From the NCBI RefSeq assembly GCF_009914755.1, contig NC_060937.1: a stretch of DNA of 64,000 nt. One strand, 5' to 3'. Below the pieces are notes generated by a model, which worked only from the letters and a program-made list of their open reading frames with translations, was not told the DNA's origin and ran no database searches. This DNA comes from the human T2T-CHM13v2.0 reference genome, Homo sapiens. Of the stretch, positions 10,076-23,250 are shown one piece after another; the stretch's first letter is position 1; each line of letters opens with the position of its first letter. The position numbers and the translations under genes are program-made.

Positions 10076-13000
10076 GTAAATCAATGAGTAAGAAGTCTGA
10101 ATACATAGGACATTTACTCAGTCTTAATTCAAGAATATTCTGCCTTACTAGGCTAAAAAAAATGTTAGCAAGCAGAGCTTTTTAAAGACCTAATGTAATC
10201 ATCAGACTCCAGGGAATAGATTTTTACTGCTGGATGGAGCCCAAGAGGCCACCAGCCTTTCCAGTTGAACCATCCTGGTCACCCAGAGGTGAAGTGGCTT
10301 TGTTTATGGAGTGGCTGTGTGGGACATGCTGGGAGGCAGCTTCTCCTTGAGATTCCCCTGGCTGCTGCTGAGGACCCTTTCCAGGAGCTGCACCAGATGA
10401 TGCACTGACGTTTTTATGAGGACCCATGGGAGGGAGAAAGTTCTCTCAAGCCTAAGAACTGGGAATAGTCATGCTTCTTCTGAATGACTCTTTGGGATTT
10501 AGCTCATGGACACTCTTGAAACATGTAACTGCGTGGTTCCTATTTAGAACAGTGGCCAGAAAGGTCAGGAACAAAACGGTGGCTCTCTCCTGGTAAGCAG
10601 GCAGCGCCCCACGGCAATGACGCTTTACATTCCTGCTCCCCTGGCTTAACCTCAGCTGTTTTACACCCTGCTTTTTCCCTTGCCTTGATTGCCTCATGTA
10701 TTTATTACTGTTATCCTATTACATACATCAGACACTTTAAAACATCCATTTAAGAGTTAGCTATAAACAAAATATCAAAGTATAAATCTATTCTCCTCAA
10801 GCTAACATCATTGTTCTTTTCATTACTGTTTCCTTACAGCAACAAAGAATTCAAATACTTGTATCTTCCTGAGAATAGGTGCACCTGGGAGATCGAAGAG
10901 CAATTTGTTCAGATATTTCAAAATTTCCTTTACCACTTGCTTACCTAATTAATATGTGTAATAAATGTCCAATTTCATATCCAAATCACAAAAATTGTTA
11001 GCCTGTGCTTTATCAACTTTTTAGTATTTTTTCAATGCAAAGGTATCCAAATTGATCAGTTTGACTATTACAAGGCTGGCCACAGGCTCAGAAAGAATAA
11101 ACTTTTATTTTTTCTTATTTCTTTATCAAATTATAGTGTCAAAATGTGGTTTCTTTCAAAGACAGTCATTTAGCAATACTCCACAAATTGTGGGGAAAAA
11201 AAAAATTTGTGTCCTCTCTCTTATTTTTGTGCTCTTATTGTGTTTTCTTTGCTGAATAAGCAGCTTTCTTTCTCGTGTCTCTAGGATGGTGAGAGATGAC
11301 TATTCAAAACCTTATTTACACCTAGACTCCCTCATGTTTCTGTGCTTCCGTGGCCAGACTTCCACAGCTATCATTTATCATGGGCAGTGACTCATACCTT
11401 GTAGGGGCAAAATAAATATTTGCTGAATAAATCCTCAGAGCTGCTACCAAAAATGGGAAACCTTGGAAACAAAAAAGCAATCATAGAAAATAAAGTAACT
11501 GCAGCTGTGGAAACAGAAAAGCTATATGATATTCTTGCTTTTCTCTTCATAATTCCTCCAAAGAGAGGCAGATTTTGTTTTCTGTACTGAAGCTGAAAAG
11601 CAACGTAGCTTTGTCTTAGTCTGATTTCAAAGAATTCCAAACAACGTTTTTCTTGTTTTCCTTTACTTCAGAGAAAACGTGACACTTTGCCGTTGGTAGA
11701 TATTCATTCTTTTTGTTAAGTATCTATGTGAGAGCTTGTCAATGTTTTTATGCAGATAGCCCTGGTAACCTTGGATCATCCTCCAGAAAGCCTTTGGTGA
11801 AGAAAAGTCAGGCAAATTGACCTACAGACCAGTCTAATGGGAGCAATTCGGAGAAATGGGCCATGGGAACAAATGACAGGAACAGATAAAAAAAGAAGTG
11901 TAAATGAACCAAAAAGGAGTCAGTGCCTCTGCTCTCCTATTGCTATAACCAGCACATTACTAGACGTAGCCTTCTCTTGGTCTCTTATTTAACCCTGAGT
12001 ATGGTTCATAGATAAATGGGCCAGTGTCCTTTTAACCATCAGATTTTCCATTTATTTCAGAAAATATAAGATCAATTTTCCATGTGATTTAATTGGGTTA
12101 CTGGGTTAGTGCCCTTCATGCCTTCAAACATATTCTTGTACCTATTTGTATTACCCAAGTCTTTGATCTTCCATAATGAAGCCTGTGTTTCTCTTAGGGC
12201 CCTTCTGGGATGACTAGCTCAACCGAATCAAGGAGGAATGAACCCTTATTTCTGAACACCCTAAGTTCCTCATGCAAGTGAGCTAACAGAAATCAAAACA
12301 GACAAATGAATTGCAAAAGACACATTTTAAATACCGTATCCTATCAGTTGATATTTTAATAAAACGGGTGACTAGATTTTCAGACTTAGACTGGTCTTAC
12401 AAGTAATTTGTTTTTGAAATTACTAATGGGAAAATACGTTGACATTTTCCAACTTTATCAATCCCGTGAAAAGTTTTGATGATCACTTTTAAGACATTTT
12501 AACAAAAATAACCTTTTCCTGTAGTATGTAAGCCTTTGGTTAAGGAAAGCATGCATGTTGTAAGTGTAAGTTCTCCTGGCATTGCGGTGTAAGTATGACC
12601 AGGAAGATAAAAGGCAGTGGTGTAGCAAAACAGAGCTATTCAGATATGTGTACAGACAGGATCCCCGGGAGCCAAGGGATGCTGTGTTGTGATATGCTGC
12701 AGTTACATCTGCTCTTGTCCTGTGTGGTCAGCTCACTTCTGATAAGATGTGGGATCTCTGAGGAATTAAGTTAGGACCTCAATCTAACCACTAGAGAGCC
12801 TGTCGTTGGCATTAGCAGTGACATTGGCCCTGCAGTATGCAATAGCTGAGCTTCCCCTTGACAATCACAAAAGTTCCTCAAAGGCTGTCTGCAGGATAAT
12901 GTGAGCAAGTAAAGAGGAAGAGAAGCATGGCATGCACAGTACTTAGTAATGGAAATATGACAATTCCTGTTGCTATTTTTGACTGGTGCAAAATTACAGT

Positions 13001-14783
13001 GGGGATAAGGCAGTCTAGAAAAGGCTATGGCTTCAGTGTGCTTAGTTTGGGGGTGAAAGTAGAGATAAGGGTTGGTACAGTTAAAAATAAATGATTCTGT
13101 TGCCATGGTTTCCTTCTTTATAAATTCTTTTCAACATGAATTGCTGTTGTTGTGTTTAATTTTAGATTCATGCAGATTTTCAACAAATAAGAATTCCTAT
13201 ACGTCTGAGAAATGGTTTTTTAAAGCTGTAGGAAAAGGTTTTTGGCAGTCTGGTTTAAATATTTCTAAGCAAAACTAACATGCAGGGTTCTGGCATTTAG
13301 ACAACTACCAAAGGAAAGCGAATAAAGAGAATGGGAACTTAAGGAACATATAAGGCTACATTTATTGTTCTGATTAAAACATAAATTCATATTATTGTAA
13401 CATTTAAGGGCATGCTGAGTATTAAATATGGCCTCAGAACCATAGGAATACAGGTGTTCCTCCTATGGAGTAAGTCTCTTGACAATGTACCCATAAAAGA
13501 TTTCAGGTATCAAACATTAATTTAGATAATTATGTGTTTATTAATATCAAAGGCTCTAATTGTGTTTTCAAAACCTGTCATATTACCTCAAATACAATTC
13601 CATTTTCTTGACTAGGGAACCAGAATTACTTATAATTTATATCCACTCTAAAACACCTATGTTTCATTTTTTTAAAAAATTAATAATGGATATTTCAAAT
13701 TTGGAAAACATAAATGAGAAGGAAGAGTTGACTTTACCAAATAAATTATTTTTCCTTATGCATTCCTTATAGTATCATTTAAATAATGAACTCCCCTACC
13801 ACAATTAAAATAGGTCTAGATTTTTAAAAAGCAAGAAAATCAAATTACCTGTACAGAAATGCATTATAATGCAGTTACAATGTAAACAGCAATAATACAG
13901 TCGCAGTAGTAAAGGATGAAATTCATTACAACTGAAAGGAAATGAGTGAACTATATTTGTCTTTATAAATTTATTTTCTAATTTCATTACTCTGATTTAT
14001 TATAGTACTTATTTTGTTAATTTTGCATTTTGTCTTTTAGTCATACTAGTTCCATTTTTGCTAAATTTTTTTAATCTGAAAATTTAGAAAATAAAAAGTA
14101 ATCCTTGTGGTATTTTAGTTCAATTAAAGTTGAAACAGAAGCTGACAATATTTCTCTTGATTTATCCTAAATTTAAATTAACGCATACTGGTTTGGGGTT
14201 TGGTGAGGGGAGGTGTGTGTGGTGTGCTTTGGAGGAGGGCAATGGACTTGATTATTAAGATAGTTCAACTAATTGCACAGTCATTGCACAAGTTGATGTC
14301 ATAATTGTATCAGTCTCCACTTCTGCTTGTAAGTGTAAGGAGATTTCCTCATTTTTTTACTATTTCCATAATATAGTAATCATGCAAAAAATGTGAAAAT
14401 TCAGGTGTGAAATTTTCATGAATAGATCAGAGCTGCTCAGACCAGACTTTATCCTGTGTCTGTTCATTCCAGAAATATGTCTGGGAGGTAGTATGGCCAA
14501 GGACATACTACTTCAGTTTCTCTAAGCTTTGCTTGTGGCTGATTTGGAAGAACAGCTGATCGGTTTTTTCCTGATGGCAGCTTGCCTCTCTCCTGAAGCT
14601 AAAAATCCCAGGGGCCTTTGGATTAAAGTGCAACTGGAGTGGTACTATGGCTATTAAATCATTTAGCTTCACTATGAAAGCATAAGGTACATACCATTGG
14701 CTATGACAGACTAGTGTTGACTGGTCTTCATACCCAGAACAACTAGAAAAGCTTAACAAAATACTTTTCAAGAATCTGCTTGA

Positions 14784-15077
14784 GGCTGGCGTGTGGCTCA
14801 TGCCTGTAATCCCAACACTTTGGAAGGCCGAGGCAGAAGGATCACTTGAGGCCAGAAGTTTGAGACCAGCCTGGGCAACACAGGGAGACCTTGTTTTTAC
14901 AAAAAAAAAAAAAAAAAATTAATAAACCAGGCATGGTCCCAGCTACTCAGGAGACTGAGGTGAGAAGATAGCCCGTGCCTGGGAGGTTGAGGCTAACAGT
15001 GAGCCATGAGCACGCCAGTGACTCTATCTTTGGCAACAGAGCAAGACAATGTCTAAAAAAAAAAAAAAAAAAAAAAA
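14784..15077 (+). mobile_element. AluJ
   Basis: Diverged dimeric Alu with poly-A; degenerate TSD agaatctgcttga / agaatttgcctga. Confidence 0.9.
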
Positions 15078-16609
15078 TTAGAATTTGCCTGAAAGTTTTA
15101 GAGAGCTAGCAGAGCAGCCCCGACCTAAAGGAGTCAAGATCACAAAGATCAGAGAAATTCATTGAGATGAGTCTCCTATTTTATGCCACTTTTCTCCCTA
15201 AGCAATCCCAGAGTTTCCTGCAGTCTCACCAAACTGGAGAGCTAAAACTTGGAGTCCAACCCCTAAGGAGCCATAATATTGGAGAGAAGGTAAGCACAAA
15301 CTGAACAATTTGAAAGGAGACCCAGTGAGAAAGTGGATGACAGAAACAGATGGTGATGTAATAGATATAACGGAGTTATGAGGCAGACTTTCCAATAACT
15401 CAAGAACATACTTGGCAAAATGAGGAATTGCATTTGAAAACTGAAATCTATTCAAAGAAGAAGAAATCTCTAGATCTAAAAATTAAAATAAACTAAAATA
15501 AACATGCAATAGATCGCCATAATGACAGGTTAGACACAACTGAAGAAAAGACAATGATCTGGAAAACAGGTGACTACAAAAAATATCCAGATTAAAACAG
15601 AGGGAGAACAAAGCTAGAATATACAGAACAAAGACTTCAGAGAACGTGAGGCAAGATGCCAAGGTGATTAGAGTCCCAAAGGAAAGAAAGAACAAAAGTA
15701 AAACGAACAACATTTATGAAGATAATAGCCAGGATCTCTTCAAAACTAATAAAAGTTATCAACCCACAGATTCAAAAAGCGATATGAACCCAAAGTAGAG
15801 TAAATACAATGAAAACCATGCCTCAGTAAATTAGTAAAATCTACTGAAAACAAAAGAAAAGAGGTAACCTCCAAAGCTGCTACAGAAAAATTACAAGCTT
15901 TTACTTTCAAGGGGCAAAATACTTTTCATAGTAAATTTCTCAATAGAAATAAATAAATCCAGAAAACAACGAAATGATATCTTTCAAGAAAAAAGAAACA
16001 GCCAACTTAGAAATCTATGCCAAGAAATAATAGTCTTCTAAAATGAGATACTTTTCTACGCAAACTTAAACTATAACAAATTTTTGCCAACACATCTGCA
16101 TACAAGAAATATTAAAATGTTTTTTCGAGCAAAAGGAAAATTGTAACAGAAGCACAGAAATGCAAGAAACAATAAAAAAAAGAAATTTTAAATATGTGGG
16201 TAAATTTAAATAAATATTGACTGAAAATAAATATAATTTCTCCTTATGTGGCAGAAATATTTATAGAAGTAAAATGCATGATTATAATAATCCAAAAAGC
16301 AAGAATGACAGTAACTGGTGTTAAAGGGTCTAAGATCTCCATAAGGTATAAGAGGTGATAAAGATACAATTTATATTAGAGTCTTATAGGTTAAGGATAC
16401 ATACAGTGACTTCTAATACGGTTTGTAACTAATGTCTACCTACAAAGTTAAAGAAAGGAAAGTGGAGTGATAAAATATTTTATGAAATGCAATAAATATG
16501 AAAAAACTTGCATAAAAAAGAAATATCACAGGCAGAACAAGTAGAAAAGAGTAAGACGATAGATTTAATGTCAAATATATCAGTGATTATATCACATACA
16601 CATGGCTTA

Positions 16610-17170
16610 GTAGAATTGTAAAGTAGTGCAATGGCTTGGGAAAATTTTTTCACAGTTTCTTATGTAAAATTAAATATACATCTATTCTCTGACCCTGAAA
16701 TTATACCCCACTGAATTTTTCCTAAGAAAATAAGAATGTATGTACATATAAATGCTTATGGAATTTTTATTCATTATATATGAAGACTGGAAACAATTCA
16801 ACTGTATATCACCAAAAAAAAAAGAACCAGTTATACAATATAACACTACTCAGCAATAAAAAAAAAACTTATAAATGGTAAGCATGTATCATGCAAAATA
16901 AAGGAAACCATACACACAAAAGTTTACATGCTGTATGATTCATTTATATGAAGTACATATCCAGTCTATGGAGTTAGAGCTCAGAAAAATGGTTGTCTAT
17001 GGGAGTAGAGACTGCCTGGAATGTGACCCAGGGAACTTTCTGGAAAGACGGAAATATTCTATATTTTGATTGAGTGGTTTGTATGAGTATATACTTTTTT
17101 AAAGTTATCATATTATAGATAAGATATATGTATAGGTCTCACTGTAGGAAAATTTCACTTTAGTAAAAAA
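16610..17170 (+). mobile_element. L1ME-type 3' end nested in the older L1
   Basis: tatacatctattctctgaccctgaaatt..., tgctgtatgattcatttatatgaag, tggaaagacggaaatattctatattttgatt, A-rich end. Confidence 0.7.
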
Positions 17171-17478
17171 ATTAAAAGCAAGCAAAAAACGAAAGTATAC
17201 CCACAAAGATAAACAGACTCAATATTCTAATTTTTAAAAATTATCAAACTGTATAAAACAATCCAAAATAAATGCTGCATATAAGACATAAAGATACATA
17301 AAGGTACAAAATAACGTTGAAAGTAAAAGAATGGAAAAAAGCTATTCCATGCAAATACTAATCCAATGAAAACTAGTGCGTATAAATTAATACCAGAAAA
17401 CATAGAGTGTAAGGAAAGAAGCATTACTAGGAATAATCCTTCACATGCCTCCACAAAGAAGATTAAAACAAAACTCTA

Positions 17479-18256
<778 letters not shown>

Positions 18257-18421
18257 CATAATGGGAGATATTAACAATCCCATCTTAGTGACAGAAAGAA
18301 AAATCATACCAAAAATGTCTATAAGATTATAAAAGATTTGGATGCTTATAACTAATCTGACCTAATTGACCAAATATAAAACAATGCACCAACAACTGCA
18401 GAATGTACATTCTTTATCAAG

Positions 18422-18602
18422 TGATATGGTTTGGCCATGTGTCCCCATGCAAGTCTCATGTTGAATTGTAATCCCTACATGTCAGGGGAGGGGCCTAGTG
18501 GGAGGTGATTGGCTCATGGGGGTGGATTTCCCCCTTGCTTTCTCATGATAGTGAGTGGGTTCTCATGAGATCTGATGGTTTAAAAGTGCAGCACCTTCCC
18601 GT

Positions 18603-18648
<46 letters not shown>

Positions 18649-18816
18649 CTGCCACCATGGTAAGATGTGCCTTGCTTCCCCTTCACCTTCCGCCATGATT
18701 TTAAGTTTCCTGAGGCTTCCCCAGCCATGCAGAACTGAGTCAATTAAACCTCTTTTTTTAATAAATTACCCAGTCTCAGGTAGTTCTTTATAGCAGTGTG
18801 AAAATTGACTAATACA
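18422..18816 (+). mobile_element. MSTA solo LTR (MaLR) with internal (TC)n
   Basis: tgatatggtttgg...gactaataca; 5-bp TSD tcaag at 18417-18421 and 18817-18821. Confidence 0.9.
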
Positions 18817-19019
18817 TCAAGGAAATGTTGAGTAGTTATCAAAAACTGACCATATGCAAGTCTATAAAGTAAGCTGCAACAAATGTCAAAGGATTTTAAT
18901 CAGAGAGAATTTCTTCACTGACTATAAAAAACTAGAAATTAATAACAGCAAAATCACTATAAAATCACCTTATGTCTAGAAATTAAGTAATATTCCCTAA
19001 AAAAATGAAATCAGAATTT

Positions 19020-19640
19020 TATATAATAGCAGTGGGAGTCTAAATTGGTTTCATTACTTTTGAAAACTGGCAGTATCTAATTAAATGGAAATCATACGTA
19101 TCCATGGATGTAGTAATTCCACTCGTAAGAATACACTCAACAGAAATATTTATGTTCACCAAAACACATATACAAAGATGTTTACAGCCACACTATTTGA
19201 AATAGCCTGAAACTGGTTAATATTTCTCTCAAATCATCATCAAGACATCAGAATGAATAATAATGACATATTCATAATATTTATTCAATGTATTAACACA
19301 TGAAAATTGACTACAGATATATGTAATGATGTGGGTAATTATTAATTTTAAGTGAATATGACACAATGTACATATTTTGTCATCCTGTAGATAACAACTT
19401 TATCTCCATAAATTGTATAGATGGATATCAGGATAGTAATTACCTTTGGGCAGATAGGGAATTGTTAATGACTACAAGAGGTCAAAAAGGAGGCTACTAA
19501 GCTGCCAGTGATGCTCTATTTCCTGACCTAGGTTATAGTTAGCCAATGTGTTCGTTTTGTGAAAACTGATCAAGCTTTACACCTAATTTATGCAGCTTTC
19601 TGTAAGTATATATTATTTAAACTACAGAATCTACTTAAAA
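19020..19640 (+). mobile_element. L1ME-type 3' end
   Basis: gtgggagtctaaattggtttcattacttttgaaaactggcagtatcta...ctatttcctgacctaggttatagt. Confidence 0.7.
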
Positions 19641-19994
19641 GCTTGAGACAAACTCTTTTAGATACCTTCACTCATGGTGAATGGTCCCTTCTTTGATGAC
19701 TTGATTCACCATTTTGAAAAGAAAACTCAAAGGTAATTTTGATGCCATGTGATGAATAAAGTAGGTTATTAAGCCAAGGAAGAAGAAAGGGTTGTCTGAC
19801 CAAACAGGACACACGGCTGTAACATAATGGGAATGATGCTCTTATGAGACTGAGAAACTGATCTTAATAATAACATGTCATAGGAGGATTTCCAAAAATT
19901 TTAAACAATGGAAAACTGGGAGGAAGAAGAATGACTATTTGAATTTCAGCACTTGTTTGTATGAAATCATACTATTTGTTCGCATAGGTGTGTA

Positions 19995-20240
19995 AGCATT
20001 TATTAAATAGTGCTTTCCTACTATATTTTTACTACCTCAGCACTCCGGTGAAGTAAGCATTATAATTACTTTGTGAAGGCAGGCATTATTATCCTGCCAT
20101 TTTTATTTAATTTTTTGAAAGAGAAAGATAGAGGAGGATAGGAGAATCTAGACGGTGATTTATTTACCAAGGTTACACACAGTGGGAATATGCTAGAGGC
20201 AGAATTTGTCCAAGGTCTTTCAATTCCTGCCCACTTTCCA
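19995..20240 (-). mobile_element. MIR
   Basis: ttgtgaaggcaggcattattatcc...gatttatttaccaaggttacacacag. Confidence 0.65.
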
Positions 20241-21359
20241 TTCCTGTGCATCCTGGAGAGTAACAAGAGAATCTGTATCTATTTTTCTTCTTTGAGCTGT
20301 TTCCTTATCTACACTACCCTTTTATACAACAAAGCATGTCGAGCTTCTGATTTTATTTGACAAATACATGATTTTTGTACTTGTAGAGCAGAAATTTCAG
20401 TGTTACAAAATCTAACAATTTTGAATCTAGGTTTGTGTCATTTGCACAATAAGGACAATGAGAAAAAAATAAAATCAATAAAACAACACTTATCTTTATG
20501 ATCACCTCCAATACTTTATAAAGTCAAGATTTTTATTTTGGGGTGAGTTTATCTGATTCCATTGTTTTGTTATGCATATTATGCAGCTATTAAAACTCAG
20601 AGTTCCTCTGTTCAAGTTTGCTATTATGTTTACTAGTGTTTGAATGCTATCCCAAGCAATTCCTGAGGACTTGCTGTCCTCAGAGAATTAACTTGGAGCA
20701 TAGAATTATAGCTTGTCTTCCTGTACATGCATTTTACACAGTAGGTGGCCAAGAAATATTTTTAGAATGCATTAATAACTGAATCATTAGTGACATGAGG
20801 CACTCTGATTTGGGGAGAGGCTCAGAGCATCCTGTACCTCACAATTATACTTCAGACAAAAGATATTTTCTCTGCCCTTTGTGACAACTTATGCAATTGT
20901 TGTGTTCGGGCAATGTGAGATACAGTCCTGCTACTACACATTCAGATATATGTGGGTGATTCTCATTTTTAGTGTTAATTTGAGCTTTGTAACTTTTTGA
21001 TGTTTCCAGTTTATTTTTTATTATGAAGAGTACACACAGCCTTATGGAAGACAATAGCTAGTAGATATAACCAGAGCCAAATTAAACTTCTGCTGATCTA
21101 TTTCAGAAAATAATGTTATCCTGGATTTCCTCTGACAGGTGGAAGACAATTATTATTCTTTGTCCATCTTTCTTGTCCCATGTTTGCAGTTGAATGTAAG
21201 ACAAAGAAGGTACATATATTTATATGCAAAGAGTGCATGACTAAACATATTCTACATAATTTAGAAATTTCTTATATTTCCAACATTTTGTTTTTCTCTA
21301 ATTTCAGTCTTTCCATCTCAACAGGAAAGTGATGGCCAATTTGAAGAGTTGTAAAGATA

Positions 21360-21530
21360 GTATTTACAAAGCTATCTGGGAGCTAAAAGTGGAACTAATG
21401 TATGAAACCAAAAATGCTCTTACCATACAACCCAGCAATCATATACTCTTGAGCATTTATCCCAGAAAAATAGAAACATACAATCATGAAGAACCCTGTA
21501 AGTGAATGTTCACAGAAGCTGCATTCCTAG
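21360..21530 (+). mobile_element. L1M fragment (ORF2 3' end)
   Basis: ttaccatacaacccagcaatcatatactcttgagcatttatcccagaaaaata. Confidence 0.7.
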
Positions 21531-23059
21531 AAAACAGACCAAGGCGGAGAATAGACATGGGAACAGAGAGTCAGGGGCAAATGGAGAAATCTGTCTATTT
21601 CTGCCATATGCAAATGCTTTCTTCTTGCATTTCTCAGGCAAAATTTTTCTTTTAATAGTAGTATGTATTTTTCTGAAATTTTCACATTTTTTCAGTTGTC
21701 TATGTAGGCTTCTGCCTAATTGGTCCTAGGATAAGTATTATTCTATTTGTTGTAAAGATGTATTGTAGTTTTTGATCAGTAAACAAACACTATGTAAACT
21801 GGATATATTTTATTTCTTAAATTTAATTAAAAGCATAGTACTGTGGTAAGTCCTGCTAGAGATACACTTAGCAATAGAGAGAGGGAGATTTCCCTGACCT
21901 CAAAGTTATTCTTAGTCCTGTGCAGGAGACAGAAATGCTTACAAAAAGACACCAAGTGCATGGTACAAAGTGAAAGGAAGGGAGTGCTGTGTCTTTAACC
22001 AGATGTAAAATTCCAGGTTGAAATATTGACCTGATGATGCATGTAGCTTTAAAATTCCATCAGAGTTGAGCAAATGTTGGAAGGGGATGGTGAAATGAGA
22101 GATGTGATACTTCTGAATCTCATCCCAGGAATGTAGTTAATGGAGTCCTGAGATGGCTTTGCATTTCTGAGGCAAATTAGGTTTTCTTCCACTTTCCATC
22201 ATCTTCCTTCAGCAATGCAAGATGGTATTTTTGCAGTCACCTATTTCCCTCTTGCTTTCTCATGTTGCAACTATCTGGACTACATCAATCTTTCAGCCTT
22301 AATTCCTGACCAAATCTTCTACTCTTTCCCTGCCATATCACAGCAATTGAAGAGAAACAAACTTAAAATTTGAGTATTGTTTTTAACAAAGTAGAAAAGA
22401 TTATGTATATCATCTATCAATTTTGAAATGCCGGCCACATAGGACATCAATGTGACATGAAAGCACACTTTTTCATCTAAATTACATTTTTTTGTACAGA
22501 AGGAAAGATCCAACTGAGATTGTTCTGAATAAAATAAATATACTATAATCAACTTTGCAGTATTTCCATCTGTGAAAATGAAAATAGATCTGCATAGCCT
22601 TTGAAATATTTATTTAGTTTTTTTCTTCAAAACTGTTTTTTCCTTGCATTTGATTGCCACCAGCAAATATAAAAAGTGATAACTTTTTCTAAAGTCTGGA
22701 ACTAAACAATTCTTATTAAGTAGCAAGAATCTCAGTCATTGTTCTTTGTATTCACTCTGCACAACGACTTTTAATTTGCCTCGCTGTTATGTTAAAATAA
22801 AAGAAAAAAATCTGACTTATAAGTGGCATAATTTGCTCAGCTTTACAAAAATTGTTTCATTTAAATAATTTACAAAACAAAGATGTCCAAAACAGTTCAG
22901 ATTGTACTAATCTTCAAAACAGATTTGCATTGAAATCTAATCTTAAAAAAAATCCTATCTAAACAGTACATATATTTTGAGTCTATTCGTCTTTAACAAA
23001 AGACAGTGAATTTTTTATCACCTTATCTCCAAAGAACACCACCACTACCCTGCATTATA

Positions 23060-23250
23060 AAAGCATGTTTATCTTGAATGTTTGTATATATTTCATCTCA
23101 TTTTATCCTAACTCAGTGGTAGTAGAAATCTGTCTTGCAGATGAAGAATTAAGACAAATGATTTTGTCTGAAGTGACATCTGTACAAGGAGCTATGCACG
23201 AACCTAAAACCCAAACATCTAGCCCAGCTCTCTCACAGTGGCCACACTGC
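23060..23250 (-). mobile_element. MIR
   Basis: ttgcagatgaagaattaagacaaatgattttgtctgaagtgacatctg. Confidence 0.55.

Noticed and set aside
10340-10470. DPFQELHQMMH*RFYEDPW, reminiscent of small heat-shock N-termini
   Set aside because: Too short, interrupted by a stop, and no alpha-crystallin domain follows.
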